In this document: positions 9,860 to 18,447 of the stretch, in pieces
Numbering within the stretch: the first letter of the stretch is position 1
Layout: each line of letters starts with the position of its first letter
From: Spirochaetaceae bacterium
GTDB lineage: Bacteria > Spirochaetota > Spirochaetia > DSM-2461
Assembly: GCA_051531975.1 (NCBI GenBank)
Contig: JAOPTT010000006.1
Coordinates: 462,977-526,976 of the forward strand
DNA length: 64,000 nucleotides
Direction: 5' to 3'
The notes under the pieces: model-generated
Database searches by the model: none
The model's input: only the letters and a program-made list of their open reading frames with translations
What the model was told of the DNA's origin: nothing
Position numbers and translations under genes: made by a program

Positions 9860-9897
9860 TGGTACCGTTACCGGAAACGTTACCGAGAACGGTACCA
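9860..9897. promoter_or_regulatory. Tandem LacI-type operator array
   Basis: GGTACCGTTACC / GGAAACGTTACC / GAGAACGGTACC, with outer inverted repeat TGGTACCGTT...AACGGTACCA. A GC-rich island in AT-rich DNA between promoter and RBS. Confidence 0.7.
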
Positions 9898-9919
9898 AAA
9901 TGTGATAAAGGAGATACAG

Positions 9920-10945
9920 TTGAAGAATGTAAATATTAAAGATGTTGCTAAAGCTGCTGGAGTTGCTGTAAGTACTGTATCAAGAGTTTTAAATAATCAC
10001 ACAGATGTAAAAGAAGAGACTAAACAACGTGTTTTAGAAATAATTAAAAAATTAAACTATGTTCCAAATACAAACGCTAGAAACTTAAAAAGAGTTGTTA
10101 CAAATAGTATAGGAATCTTTGTTCTAGGTGAATATAACCCATTTTTTGGGGATTTGGTTGAATCATTAGAGAGTGAAATCTCAAATAATGGCTACTCAGC
10201 AGTAGTTCACTTTCATCATAATGATAGAGATTCAGTAGAATCTGCGGTGCAATTTATAGTAGAGAAAAAGCTTATTGGTTTAATATATTTAGGTGGAATT
10301 GTTTCAAAAGATAAACAGGGCTATTTAGAGAATTTAGACGCTCCTGTAGTATTTACATCTGCGATTATTGATGAAGATGTTAACAGAGGACTGTTTTCAA
10401 GTGTAATTATAGATGAATACGAAGCAGTTAATACTCTTATAACACACTTAATAGAGTGTGGGCATAAAAAAATAGGTATAATAACTGCCGAGAGAACGGG
10501 AAAGTGTGCTTCTGAACGTCGTTTTGAAGCATATAAAAGTATTCTTAGTTTAAATGGTTTAAATTATTCTGAAGATTTTATAGAGAGAGGAAATTATTCT
10601 ATAAAGTCGGGGTACGATGCAATGAATAACCTATTAAAAAAGGATTGTGGATTAACTGCCGTATTTGCAGTAAGTGATATGATGGCAATAGGAGCCGCAA
10701 AAGCAGTTTTTGATGCTGGTCTGTCAGTTCCAGAAGATATATCAATTGTTGGTTTTGATGGTTTACAGTACGGAAAGTATTTTAATCCATCTTTAACTAC
10801 TATAAAACAGCCTGGTAAAGAGTTTGGTAAAAAGAGTTGTGAAATTCTTTTTAACTTAATTAAAGATAGGAATATGGTTCAACACATAGTTTTAGATACA
10901 GAGCTTGTAGTTCGTGAATCGTGTAAAAACTTATTTAGACTGTAA
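9920..10945 (+). CDS. LacI family transcriptional regulator
   Basis: HTH NIKDVAKAAGVAVSTVSRVLN, YVPNTNARNLK hinge, VPEDISIVGFD, PSLTTI. TTG start at 9920 behind AAGGAG. Confidence 0.95.
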   Translation: MKNVNIKDVAKAAGVAVSTVSRVLNNHTDVKEETKQRVLEIIKKLNYVPNTNARNLKRVVTNSIGIFVLGEYNPFFGDLVESLESEISNNGYSAVVHFHHNDRDSVESAVQFIVEKKLIGLIYLGGIVSKDKQGYLENLDAPVVFTSAIIDEDVNRGLFSSVIIDEYEAVNTLITHLIECGHKKIGIITAERTGKCASERRFEAYKSILSLNGLNYSEDFIERGNYSIKSGYDAMNNLLKKDCGLTAVFAVSDMMAIGAAKAVFDAGLSVPEDISIVGFDGLQYGKYFNPSLTTIKQPGKEFGKKSCEILFNLIKDRNMVQHIVLDTELVVRESCKNLFRL

Positions 10946-11019
10946 CCCTTAGGGTTTATATATAGAAGTAAATGTATATAAATTTAAAGTTAATATTGCA
11001 GAATAATTAAAAAAAATAT

Positions 11020-11049
11020 TTGACAAGTATGAAAACGCTTGCATAATAT
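11020..11049 (+). promoter_or_regulatory. Promoter of the sugar ABC operon with an embedded LacI/cre-like operator
   Basis: TTGACA (11020-11025) with CATAAT or TAATAT at 16 or 18 nt spacing. TGAAAACGCTTGCA (11030-11043) lies between the boxes. Confidence 0.65.
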
Positions 11050-11168
11050 AATATAGGGTTAGGATGGTGCTTACATTAAAATGTATTGTGCAGAAATAAC
11101 CCGAAATTTACTAATGAATGATTTGTGAAATGAGTTTACTTACATTCTGGAAAAAAAAGGAGAACAAA

Positions 11169-12470
11169 ATGAAAAAATTGCTATTAGTTTTAATGGTATG
11201 CTTGACAGCGGCATTTACTTTTGCCACTGGAAACAAAGAGGCTGCTGAACCAGCAGAGACTGTGGTTGTAGAACCTGTGGCTGCAGAGCCTGTAGAGTTA
11301 ACAATGAGTTATTACAAGCAGGAGATTACTGAAACTCTACCTAAACTTTTAGATGCATTTAATGCTGCTTACCCGGACATTACAATTGTAACAGAGATTA
11401 ATCCTAATGATGGTGGAGCAGCAAATGCTGCAAGAGCTGCAGCTGGAAATCTTCCTGATATTATGCAGCAACCAGGTTGGACTGCAATAATTGAAAATGC
11501 AAAAAACGGTTATGTTCTTGATCTAAGTAATCAACCAATTATGAGCCAGGTTATCGATGCTTCTATGCCTGCAGTAACATATAAAGGTAAACAATGGGCA
11601 GTTCCAATGGACTTTGCCGGAATTGGTATTATCTACAATACAGATATATTTAAAGAGTATGGGTTAGAGGCTCCAACAACTTACCTTGAACTTCAGCAGG
11701 TTTCTGCAACTTTAACTGAGAATGGTGTTACCCCTTTTGCAGGTCTATTAAAAGAGAACTGGTCAATCGGTCATTTTATCTCTTTATTACACGGATCTAT
11801 GTTAGCTGCTAGTGTTGGTGCTGATGGTGTTGCAGAATTCGCAGCAGAAATGAATGCTGGAGCTGAAAGCTATGGTGACGTTGTTGATACTGCAAAAATG
11901 TTTAAAATCATCGACTGGTATGTTGCAAATATGGATGAAACAGCATTTGAAATGAACTGGGATGAGCAACAGGCTGCATTTGCTGGTGAAGAAGCTGCAA
12001 TGATGGTTCAGGGATTATGGTCATACGGTGCTGCTGTAGGTACAAATCCTGACTTAAATTGTGGATTTATTCCATTCCCATGGTCTAACAAAGCTAATGA
12101 AAATAAATTCTTTGCAGATGTAGACTCTACATTTACTGTATCTGCTCAGTCTACTCCTGAAAAACAGGAAGCAGCTCTTAAGTTTGTAAACTGGTTAAAC
12201 TCCCCGGCCGCTGTTAAAATATGGACTGAAGATATTAAACTTACTTCAACTTTCAAAGGTGCTGACTTAAGTGCTATGCAGAAACCATTCCAGGACCTTA
12301 TGGAAAGTTCAGCAACTGGTGCTTACCCTTGGGAATTTGGATTAGCTCCAACTCCTACATGGGAGCAGGCAATGAAAAACGGTGCACATAGTTATGTGTT
12401 TGGTGTAATGACTGCTGATGAAGTTGTTGCTGATATTAACAAATCCTGGACAGAAAACTACCAGGACTAA
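11169..12470 (+). CDS. Carbohydrate ABC transporter substrate-binding protein (CUT1 family)
   Basis: Signal peptide MKKLLLVLMVCLTAAFTFATG; AGNLPDI, GIIYNTDIFKEYGLEAPTT, AAMMVQGLW. ATG 11169 behind AAGGAG. Confidence 0.93.
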   Translation: MKKLLLVLMVCLTAAFTFATGNKEAAEPAETVVVEPVAAEPVELTMSYYKQEITETLPKLLDAFNAAYPDITIVTEINPNDGGAANAARAAAGNLPDIMQQPGWTAIIENAKNGYVLDLSNQPIMSQVIDASMPAVTYKGKQWAVPMDFAGIGIIYNTDIFKEYGLEAPTTYLELQQVSATLTENGVTPFAGLLKENWSIGHFISLLHGSMLAASVGADGVAEFAAEMNAGAESYGDVVDTAKMFKIIDWYVANMDETAFEMNWDEQQAAFAGEEAAMMVQGLWSYGAAVGTNPDLNCGFIPFPWSNKANENKFFADVDSTFTVSAQSTPEKQEAALKFVNWLNSPAAVKIWTEDIKLTSTFKGADLSAMQKPFQDLMESSATGAYPWEFGLAPTPTWEQAMKNGAHSYVFGVMTADEVVADINKSWTENYQD

Positions 12471-12486
12471 TAAAATCTAATACAAG

Positions 12487-12509
12487 GAACGCTCCAATTT
12501 GGAGCGTTC
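12487..12509 (+). terminator. Intercistronic stem-loop after the binding-protein gene
   Basis: gaacgctcca-att-tggagcgttc followed by tattttct; typical partial terminator or mRNA stabiliser. Confidence 0.75.
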
Positions 12510-12539
12510 TATTTTCTAAAAAAAAGCAAGGAGTTTTTT

Positions 12540-14084
12540 ATGGTTACTACCAGGGCTAAAAAATGGAGTACCTATGCAATTTTTGTACTTCCGGCTCTTA
12601 TTTTATATACTATGTTCGCAATTATCCCTTTAATAATGGGAGGGTGGCTTTCAACAACTAACTGGGATGGGGTTAGTCCCTGGGTACCTGTACAGATCCC
12701 TATTGAACAATTTGAAAATGAAATAATTCCTAAAATGAGTTCGTCTCAAAGGGAGTTTGTAAATAGTTATTATATTAAAGATGAAAGTCAGGGAACTTAC
12801 AGGAAACAGGTGTCTTCTGATCACAATCTTAAAGGTTTAAGAAAATATAAAATGATGGCTACTTTTACAAGTGCAGGTTATGTAAATAAAAACTTTAAAT
12901 TTGTAGGTTTAAATAACTATAAATCAGTTTTCTCTGCAGAGAGTGATCCAACATTCTGGCCAAGTAAATATCAGGTTAAAAGATTTAAGGCAGGTTATCC
13001 TCTTACTAAAGCTTCAGAAATTGAGGTAAAAGATTATGAGAAGAATCTACTACAAAATATATCTAATGCAGATGATCAAGATATAATTATAAGTTTGTAT
13101 AATAAAGTAGGAGATAATTATGTCCTTGATATGGCTAAATTTCCTAGAAAAGGTCAAAAATTTACAATTGCTGGTGAGCTTATTGAGTTACCTGATGTAG
13201 GTGATGATTGGGAAGGTTTTCTCGATATGGTAGAAGAAGCTGCTTTAAATAATGAGAAAATGAATTTGGATGACATAGTGTTAAAAACTATAACTTCAGC
13301 AACTGATGGAACATTAAGTGAAAGCTCAGATATAGCTCTTAGAGTTGGTGCTAAGGAAGTTTACGATTCAGCATCATTAAAGAGAGTTTTAAGTGAGAAC
13401 TGGTATACCAACGGTCAGAGAATGGGAGTTTTAGTATTTACTATTTTCTTCTCGTTTTTCTTTGTTCTCTTTTCAAATGTAATTGCTCTTTTAATTGCTC
13501 TTGCTCTGGATCAGGAGTTAAAACGACGAAACCTGTTAAGATCTATGTTTTTTATACCAAACGTACTTTCAATGGTTGTTGTAGCATTTATATGGCAACT
13601 TGTATTCAGTCATATATTCCCGATGATCACAGGAGTGAATAGATGGCTTTCAAATCCTGATTTAGCACCGTGGATAACTATTATAGTAGCTTCATGGCAG
13701 GCTATGGGTTTTTATATGATAGTATACCTTGCAGGTCTACAAAGTGTTCCTGGGGAAATTTTAGAATCTGCAGCAATTGATGGTGCCAGCGGTTGGAAGA
13801 AATTTTACTATATAGTAATGCCAATGCTTGTTCCTGCAATTACAATTGCTCTGTTTATGAGTATCTCCGGATCATTAAAAACATTTGATATTATATTTGC
13901 ATTATTCCCTTCTACTACAAGAAATATGGGGGTTGAGAATATAACAATAAATATCTACCGAAATGCCTTTGTTGATAGGCAGGCTGGAATGGCGACAGCT
14001 AAAGCTATCCTGTTAATGATCTCTATAGGTATTGTGACCTTTATTCAGCTTAATTATACTAAGAAAAAGGAGGTGGAACTATAA
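12540..14084 (+). CDS. Carbohydrate ABC transporter permease with large extracytoplasmic insertions
   Basis: FVGLNNY, YLAGLQSVP, EAA motif ESAAIDGA. At 514 aa it is far longer than the usual ~300. Confidence 0.92.
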   Translation: MVTTRAKKWSTYAIFVLPALILYTMFAIIPLIMGGWLSTTNWDGVSPWVPVQIPIEQFENEIIPKMSSSQREFVNSYYIKDESQGTYRKQVSSDHNLKGLRKYKMMATFTSAGYVNKNFKFVGLNNYKSVFSAESDPTFWPSKYQVKRFKAGYPLTKASEIEVKDYEKNLLQNISNADDQDIIISLYNKVGDNYVLDMAKFPRKGQKFTIAGELIELPDVGDDWEGFLDMVEEAALNNEKMNLDDIVLKTITSATDGTLSESSDIALRVGAKEVYDSASLKRVLSENWYTNGQRMGVLVFTIFFSFFFVLFSNVIALLIALALDQELKRRNLLRSMFFIPNVLSMVVVAFIWQLVFSHIFPMITGVNRWLSNPDLAPWITIIVASWQAMGFYMIVYLAGLQSVPGEILESAAIDGASGWKKFYYIVMPMLVPAITIALFMSISGSLKTFDIIFALFPSTTRNMGVENITINIYRNAFVDRQAGMATAKAILLMISIGIVTFIQLNYTKKKEVEL

Positions 14085-14950
14085 TGGATAATAATATTGA
14101 AAAGAACCAGGTTGCTGGATTATTACGTAGACGTAGAATACTTCTTATTCTTGAAATTATAATGGGAATTCTCGCATTAATTTATATATACCCAGTTGTA
14201 TTTGTATTTATCAATGCTTTTAAGTTTGATGCTGAAATAACTACAAATCCTATAGGATTGCCTTCCCAGCTTACTCTGGATAACTTTAGAAGAGTTTTAA
14301 CAGCTTCCGGGGATGGTGTAACCTTTTTCAAGGCATTAATTAACACTTTATTTATATCTGTAAGTAGTGTTCTTGGTATTATTTTAATAAGCTCTACAGC
14401 TGCATGGGCAATGGTTAGAAACCCAGGAAAAGTTGCAAACATCACATTCTCGTTTTTTGTACTGTTTTTAATTATTCCATTTCAGATAATTATGGTTCCT
14501 CTTGTTGTACAGGCATCAGATATGAGTTCCATGAATCTAGTAGGTCTTGTATTCATGTATTTAGGTCTGGGAGCTCCAATTGGGATATTCTTTTTCCATG
14601 GATTTATTAAAGGTGTTCCTTTATCACTAGAGGAGTCTGCATCTATTGATGGTGCAAGCCCGGCAAGAGTTTTCTTTCAGATAGTGTTCCCTATGCTTAC
14701 TTCAATTACAGTAACTGTTGCAATAATGGATATTATCTGGATCTGGAACGACTTCTTACTACCTTTTATTATTCTTAAAAAAGGTACTCTGGTTCTATTC
14801 CAGTTCTCTAACTTTACTGGAACTTTCTCGACCGATTATGGTGGTCAGACTGCTTCCCTTGTATTAACAGCAACTCCTGTTGTTGTTCTATTCTTATCTA
14901 TGCAGAAGTATTATATTAAAGGTATTGCTGCAGGTGCGGTTAAAGGTTAA
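14084..14950 (+). CDS. Carbohydrate ABC transporter permease
   Basis: LEESASIDGA, WNDFLLP, QKYYIKGIAAGAVKG. Confidence 0.95.
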   Translation: MDNNIEKNQVAGLLRRRRILLILEIIMGILALIYIYPVVFVFINAFKFDAEITTNPIGLPSQLTLDNFRRVLTASGDGVTFFKALINTLFISVSSVLGIILISSTAAWAMVRNPGKVANITFSFFVLFLIIPFQIIMVPLVVQASDMSSMNLVGLVFMYLGLGAPIGIFFFHGFIKGVPLSLEESASIDGASPARVFFQIVFPMLTSITVTVAIMDIIWIWNDFLLPFIILKKGTLVLFQFSNFTGTFSTDYGGQTASLVLTATPVVVLFLSMQKYYIKGIAAGAVKG

Positions 14951-14965
14951 TAGCTAGAAATTAAC

Positions 14966-15003
14966 ATAAAAAAACAGTCTATTTTTATAGGCTGTTTTTT
15001 TAT
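14966..15003 (+). terminator. Rho-independent terminator of the ABC operon
   Basis: A-tract, cagtctat-ttt-t-ataggctg stem-loop, then a T-tract. Confidence 0.8.
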
Positions 15004-15260
15004 GTTATTAGACTAAGAGTTGAGTTTGTTTTATATTCTTTTTTATAATGATTCAGAGAGATGTACTGGATAATTTTTCTATAATACTTGAAGTTTATGG
15101 ATCATTTTCGTGGAATGGTAATAAAGATAAGTTTAAACTTGAAATAGTTGGGAAATTGAGTCAAATTATATTATAAATATTAATAGAGGCATTAGAAGTA
15201 TTACTGGTGAATAAAGGATGTCAGATAATGTTGCAATAAAATTTATAGCGGAGTGATATA

Positions 15261-16547
15261 ATGGGTAGAGATCTTTTAAGAGGCGAATCTGTATATAGTG
15301 TATTTATACGAAACCATTCAGCAAGTGGGAATATTCAGGGAGTAATTGAGGATCTAGATCGAATCAAAGATCTTGGGGTAACAATATTGTGGATTTTACC
15401 CCACTATCCTATAGGGAAAACAGATAAAAAAGGTGATTTAGGTTCTCCATATGCAATATCTGATTATCTATCTGTTAATCCAGATATTGGTGGGATTCAT
15501 GATTTTAAAGAGTTAGTAAGCAAATGTCATGAAATTGGATTAAAAATAATTATTGATATTGTATTTAACCACACTTCACCAGATTCTATATTATTTAATG
15601 AGCATCCTGAATGGTTTTTAAAATCTGATAATAATCATAATTTTTCTAAAATTCCTGGCTGGTCAGATGTAATAGATTTAGATTTCACTAATAATTATTT
15701 AAGAAAGTATTTAATTGATGTATTACATTATTGGGCAGATTTAGGTATAGATGGATTTAGATGTGATATAGCTGCAGTAATTCCATTAACATTTTGGAAA
15801 ATGGCTAAAGATACACTCAATAGTGATCATAAAGAGTTAATTTGGATAGGTGTTAGTGCAGATAAAGAATTTATTTCGTTTATTAGACATAATAGGTTCC
15901 AATGTCATTCCGATTCAGAATTGTACAATGTATTTGATATTTTATTTGACTACGATATCCAAAGTACTTTAAACGGATATATTAACAAAAAAGTTTCATT
16001 TGAAACATTTATAAAAGAGAGACGAAATCAAGAAGTAGTCTACCCTGCCGATTATTTAAAATTACGGTTTATTGAAAACCATGATACGCCTTTAAGAGCT
16101 GCAACATTAATTAAAGATAAGTACCACCTAATAAACTGGAAATCATTTTCTATGTTTGAAAAAGGTATACCTTTAATTAATGCAGGTGAAGAATATATGT
16201 TAGAGAAAAAAGTAGATATGTTCTCTTCAGATAAAATAAAGTTGAATAATGAAGACTTAAGTTTTTTTGATTTAATTAAAAGGTTATTAAAGATAGAACA
16301 CATGCATATTGTAACAAATGGTATTTATACAATTAATCCCTTAGCTCTAGATTGTGTTCATATAAGATACAGATACGATGGAGAAACATTACACGGAATA
16401 TTTAATTTTGGTTTAAAAGACAGATGTATTGAGTTAGAGGTCTTAAAAGGAAATTATTTAAATATTGTCAACGATAAAGATTTTGATATATTAGAAGAGT
16501 CATTAGATCTAAACGAAGCTCCTTTTATCTTTAAATCTATTCCTTAA
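15261..16547 (+). CDS. GH13 alpha-amylase family protein (catalytic Glu apparently substituted)
   Basis: GSPYAISDY, DIVFNHT, DGFRCDIA and FIENHD regions present. Region III reads WIGVS. Confidence 0.88.
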   Translation: MGRDLLRGESVYSVFIRNHSASGNIQGVIEDLDRIKDLGVTILWILPHYPIGKTDKKGDLGSPYAISDYLSVNPDIGGIHDFKELVSKCHEIGLKIIIDIVFNHTSPDSILFNEHPEWFLKSDNNHNFSKIPGWSDVIDLDFTNNYLRKYLIDVLHYWADLGIDGFRCDIAAVIPLTFWKMAKDTLNSDHKELIWIGVSADKEFISFIRHNRFQCHSDSELYNVFDILFDYDIQSTLNGYINKKVSFETFIKERRNQEVVYPADYLKLRFIENHDTPLRAATLIKDKYHLINWKSFSMFEKGIPLINAGEEYMLEKKVDMFSSDKIKLNNEDLSFFDLIKRLLKIEHMHIVTNGIYTINPLALDCVHIRYRYDGETLHGIFNFGLKDRCIELEVLKGNYLNIVNDKDFDILEESLDLNEAPFIFKSIP

Positions 16548-16571
16548 TGAAATTTTTGATTATAGTAACGT

Positions 16572-16919
16572 ATGAATATATTAAAACAATTATGGATTAT
16601 TATTTTAATTTATCTTCTTGGTGAATTAACTGCTTTTTATATACCATCACCTCTCCCTGGAAATGTAATAGGATTTATATTTCTATTTTTATCACTAAAA
16701 TTTGGTTTTATAAAAGAAGAGAGCGTAAAAGATGTAATTAATTTCTTTTTAAAAAACTTAGCTATACTTTTTATACCTGGAGGTGTTGGGATATTAAAAG
16801 TAATGCATCTGTTTAATGGTAATATAATAAAAATAGCTCTGATTCTAATTATCTCAACTATTTTATCACTTCTTGCTACAGCCTGGACAGTAATATTGAT
16901 AGGGAGGATTAAAAAATGA
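16572..16919 (+). CDS. CidA/LrgA family membrane protein
   Basis: PLPGNVIG, LFIPGGVGI; small and hydrophobic; overlaps the next gene (ATGA). Confidence 0.92.
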   Translation: MNILKQLWIIILIYLLGELTAFYIPSPLPGNVIGFIFLFLSLKFGFIKEESVKDVINFFLKNLAILFIPGGVGILKVMHLFNGNIIKIALILIISTILSLLATAWTVILIGRIKK

Positions 16920-17587
16920 ATTATGTTTTTATGACCTTAACATTTTATATTTTTTATTCATGGATACAAAAAAAAGCTAAGATTGCAATATTGAATCCAG
17001 TATTACTTTCCATTATATCAATAATAATTATACTAAAAATAACAGGCATAAGTTACCAAGAATACAGTAGTGGTGGCCGTGTCATATCACTATTTCTAGG
17101 ACCAGCAACTGTTGCATTAGCACTGCCTTTATATAAAAACTGGGATATTCTAAAAGAAAGAGGTATTAGTCTGGTTTTAGGAGTTTTGATTGGTTCATTA
17201 GTAGCGATATTATCTGTTTGGGGTTTATCTAATTTATTTAAAATTGATTCTGAAATAATACTTAGCCTACTACCTAAAAGTATTACTACACCTATTGGTA
17301 TGGAAGTTTCAAGAAAGATTGGAGGAATACCAGCGTTAACGGTTTCTGTTATAGTTTTAACAGGAGTTTTAGGTAATATGTTAGGTCCAGTTATTTTTAG
17401 AATATTTAAAATAGAAGACCCAGTTGCAGTTGGTGCCGCATTTGGTACAGCTTCCCATGCTATTGGAACATCTAAAGCTATTGAAATCGGTGAAGTTGAA
17501 GGAGCAATAAGCGGTGTGTCAATAGGCCTTGCTGGTCTAATTACATCACTACTTATTCCCCTACTACTACTAATATTAAATGTGTAA
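16916..17587 (+). CDS. LrgB/CidB family membrane protein
   Basis: LGPATVALALPLY, PKSITTPIG, GTASHAIGTSKA. Confidence 0.95.
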   Translation: MNYVFMTLTFYIFYSWIQKKAKIAILNPVLLSIISIIIILKITGISYQEYSSGGRVISLFLGPATVALALPLYKNWDILKERGISLVLGVLIGSLVAILSVWGLSNLFKIDSEIILSLLPKSITTPIGMEVSRKIGGIPALTVSVIVLTGVLGNMLGPVIFRIFKIEDPVAVGAAFGTASHAIGTSKAIEIGEVEGAISGVSIGLAGLITSLLIPLLLLILNV

Positions 17588-17695
17588 CTACTCTTTAACG
17601 GATCCAGCAGTAATATCTTTTACCCATTGTAGTGAACCATTAACATCATCCTCTTTAGTCCACAACTCAATATAAACACTTTCACAGTTACATAT

Positions 17696-18052
17696 TTAAG
17701 AATCTTGCTCTTCAACATTATCTTCATCTAATAGGTCTAATATTTCTTTAAAATCAATTTTACTATCAGAGCTTAAGTCTTTAACAAGTGACCATAAAAC
17801 ATGACTAATTTTGTATACTTGTAGATCCTGTGCTCTATCTTTAAAGTATTCTTGATCTGTTAATACATCACCTTTACCACCAATGATTTTGAAAATAATA
17901 TTACCAGCTGTACTTTTAGCAATCTCTATTTGACCATTTCCATTTTGCAATAAAAAAACACCTGCATATGATGTTTTTTCCCATATAAGCTCACCTCGTT
18001 CTGTTCTAATAACAAGATCATTCATAAGTTTTATATTTTCTATTTTATCCAT
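17696..18052 (-). CDS. Hypothetical protein
   Basis: 118-aa ORF with GGAG RBS at the end of the htrA-uvrB run; no recognised motif. Confidence 0.65.
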   Translation of the reverse strand: MDKIENIKLMNDLVIRTERGELIWEKTSYAGVFLLQNGNGQIEIAKSTAGNIIFKIIGGKGDVLTDQEYFKDRAQDLQVYKISHVLWSLVKDLSSDSKIDFKEILDLLDEDNVEEQDS

Positions 18053-18069
18053 AATAACTCCAATTTATA

Positions 18070-18447
18070 TTATTTAAACATTTTTGATGCTGTGGTAGCC
18101 TGTTCTTTAGATTCATAAATACTTAAATCTGAACCTAAAACCCATCCTTCAACATCATCTAATACTGTATAAAACCAGAATAGGTCACCATCTTCAGCCA
18201 ATGTTGTTGTCTCAGATGACTTTAAAATCTTAACAATATCACCTTGCCTAAATGCTGAACTAATAACTTCTCCTATATCTGCACTTTTACGCACTCTGAC
18301 ATATGGGTCTTTTACTACACCCCAACTACTATTACTACTTACAACAGAAGTTTCAGGGAGTACTATATCTATCTGAAATCCTTCTTCTTTACAACTGAAA
18401 ATAGTAAAGAATAGAAAAAATACAATAATATACTTATAATTTATCAT
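18070..18447 (-). CDS. SH3b-domain lipoprotein
   Basis: Lipobox IFSC; VRVRK...GDIVKIL...WF...EGWV pattern. Confidence 0.75.
   Translation of the reverse strand: MINYKYIIVFFLFFTIFSCKEEGFQIDIVLPETSVVSSNSSWGVVKDPYVRVRKSADIGEVISSAFRQGDIVKILKSSETTTLAEDGDLFWFYTVLDDVEGWVLGSDLSIYESKEQATTASKMFK

Noticed and set aside
15048..15176. 42-codon ORF (MIQRDVLDNF...) between the ABC terminator and the GH13 gene
   Set aside because: No RBS and no recognisable motif; cannot be distinguished from chance.
16572..17587. cidA/lrgB pair as a prophage holin module
   Set aside because: This is a common chromosomal pair and no phage genes are nearby.
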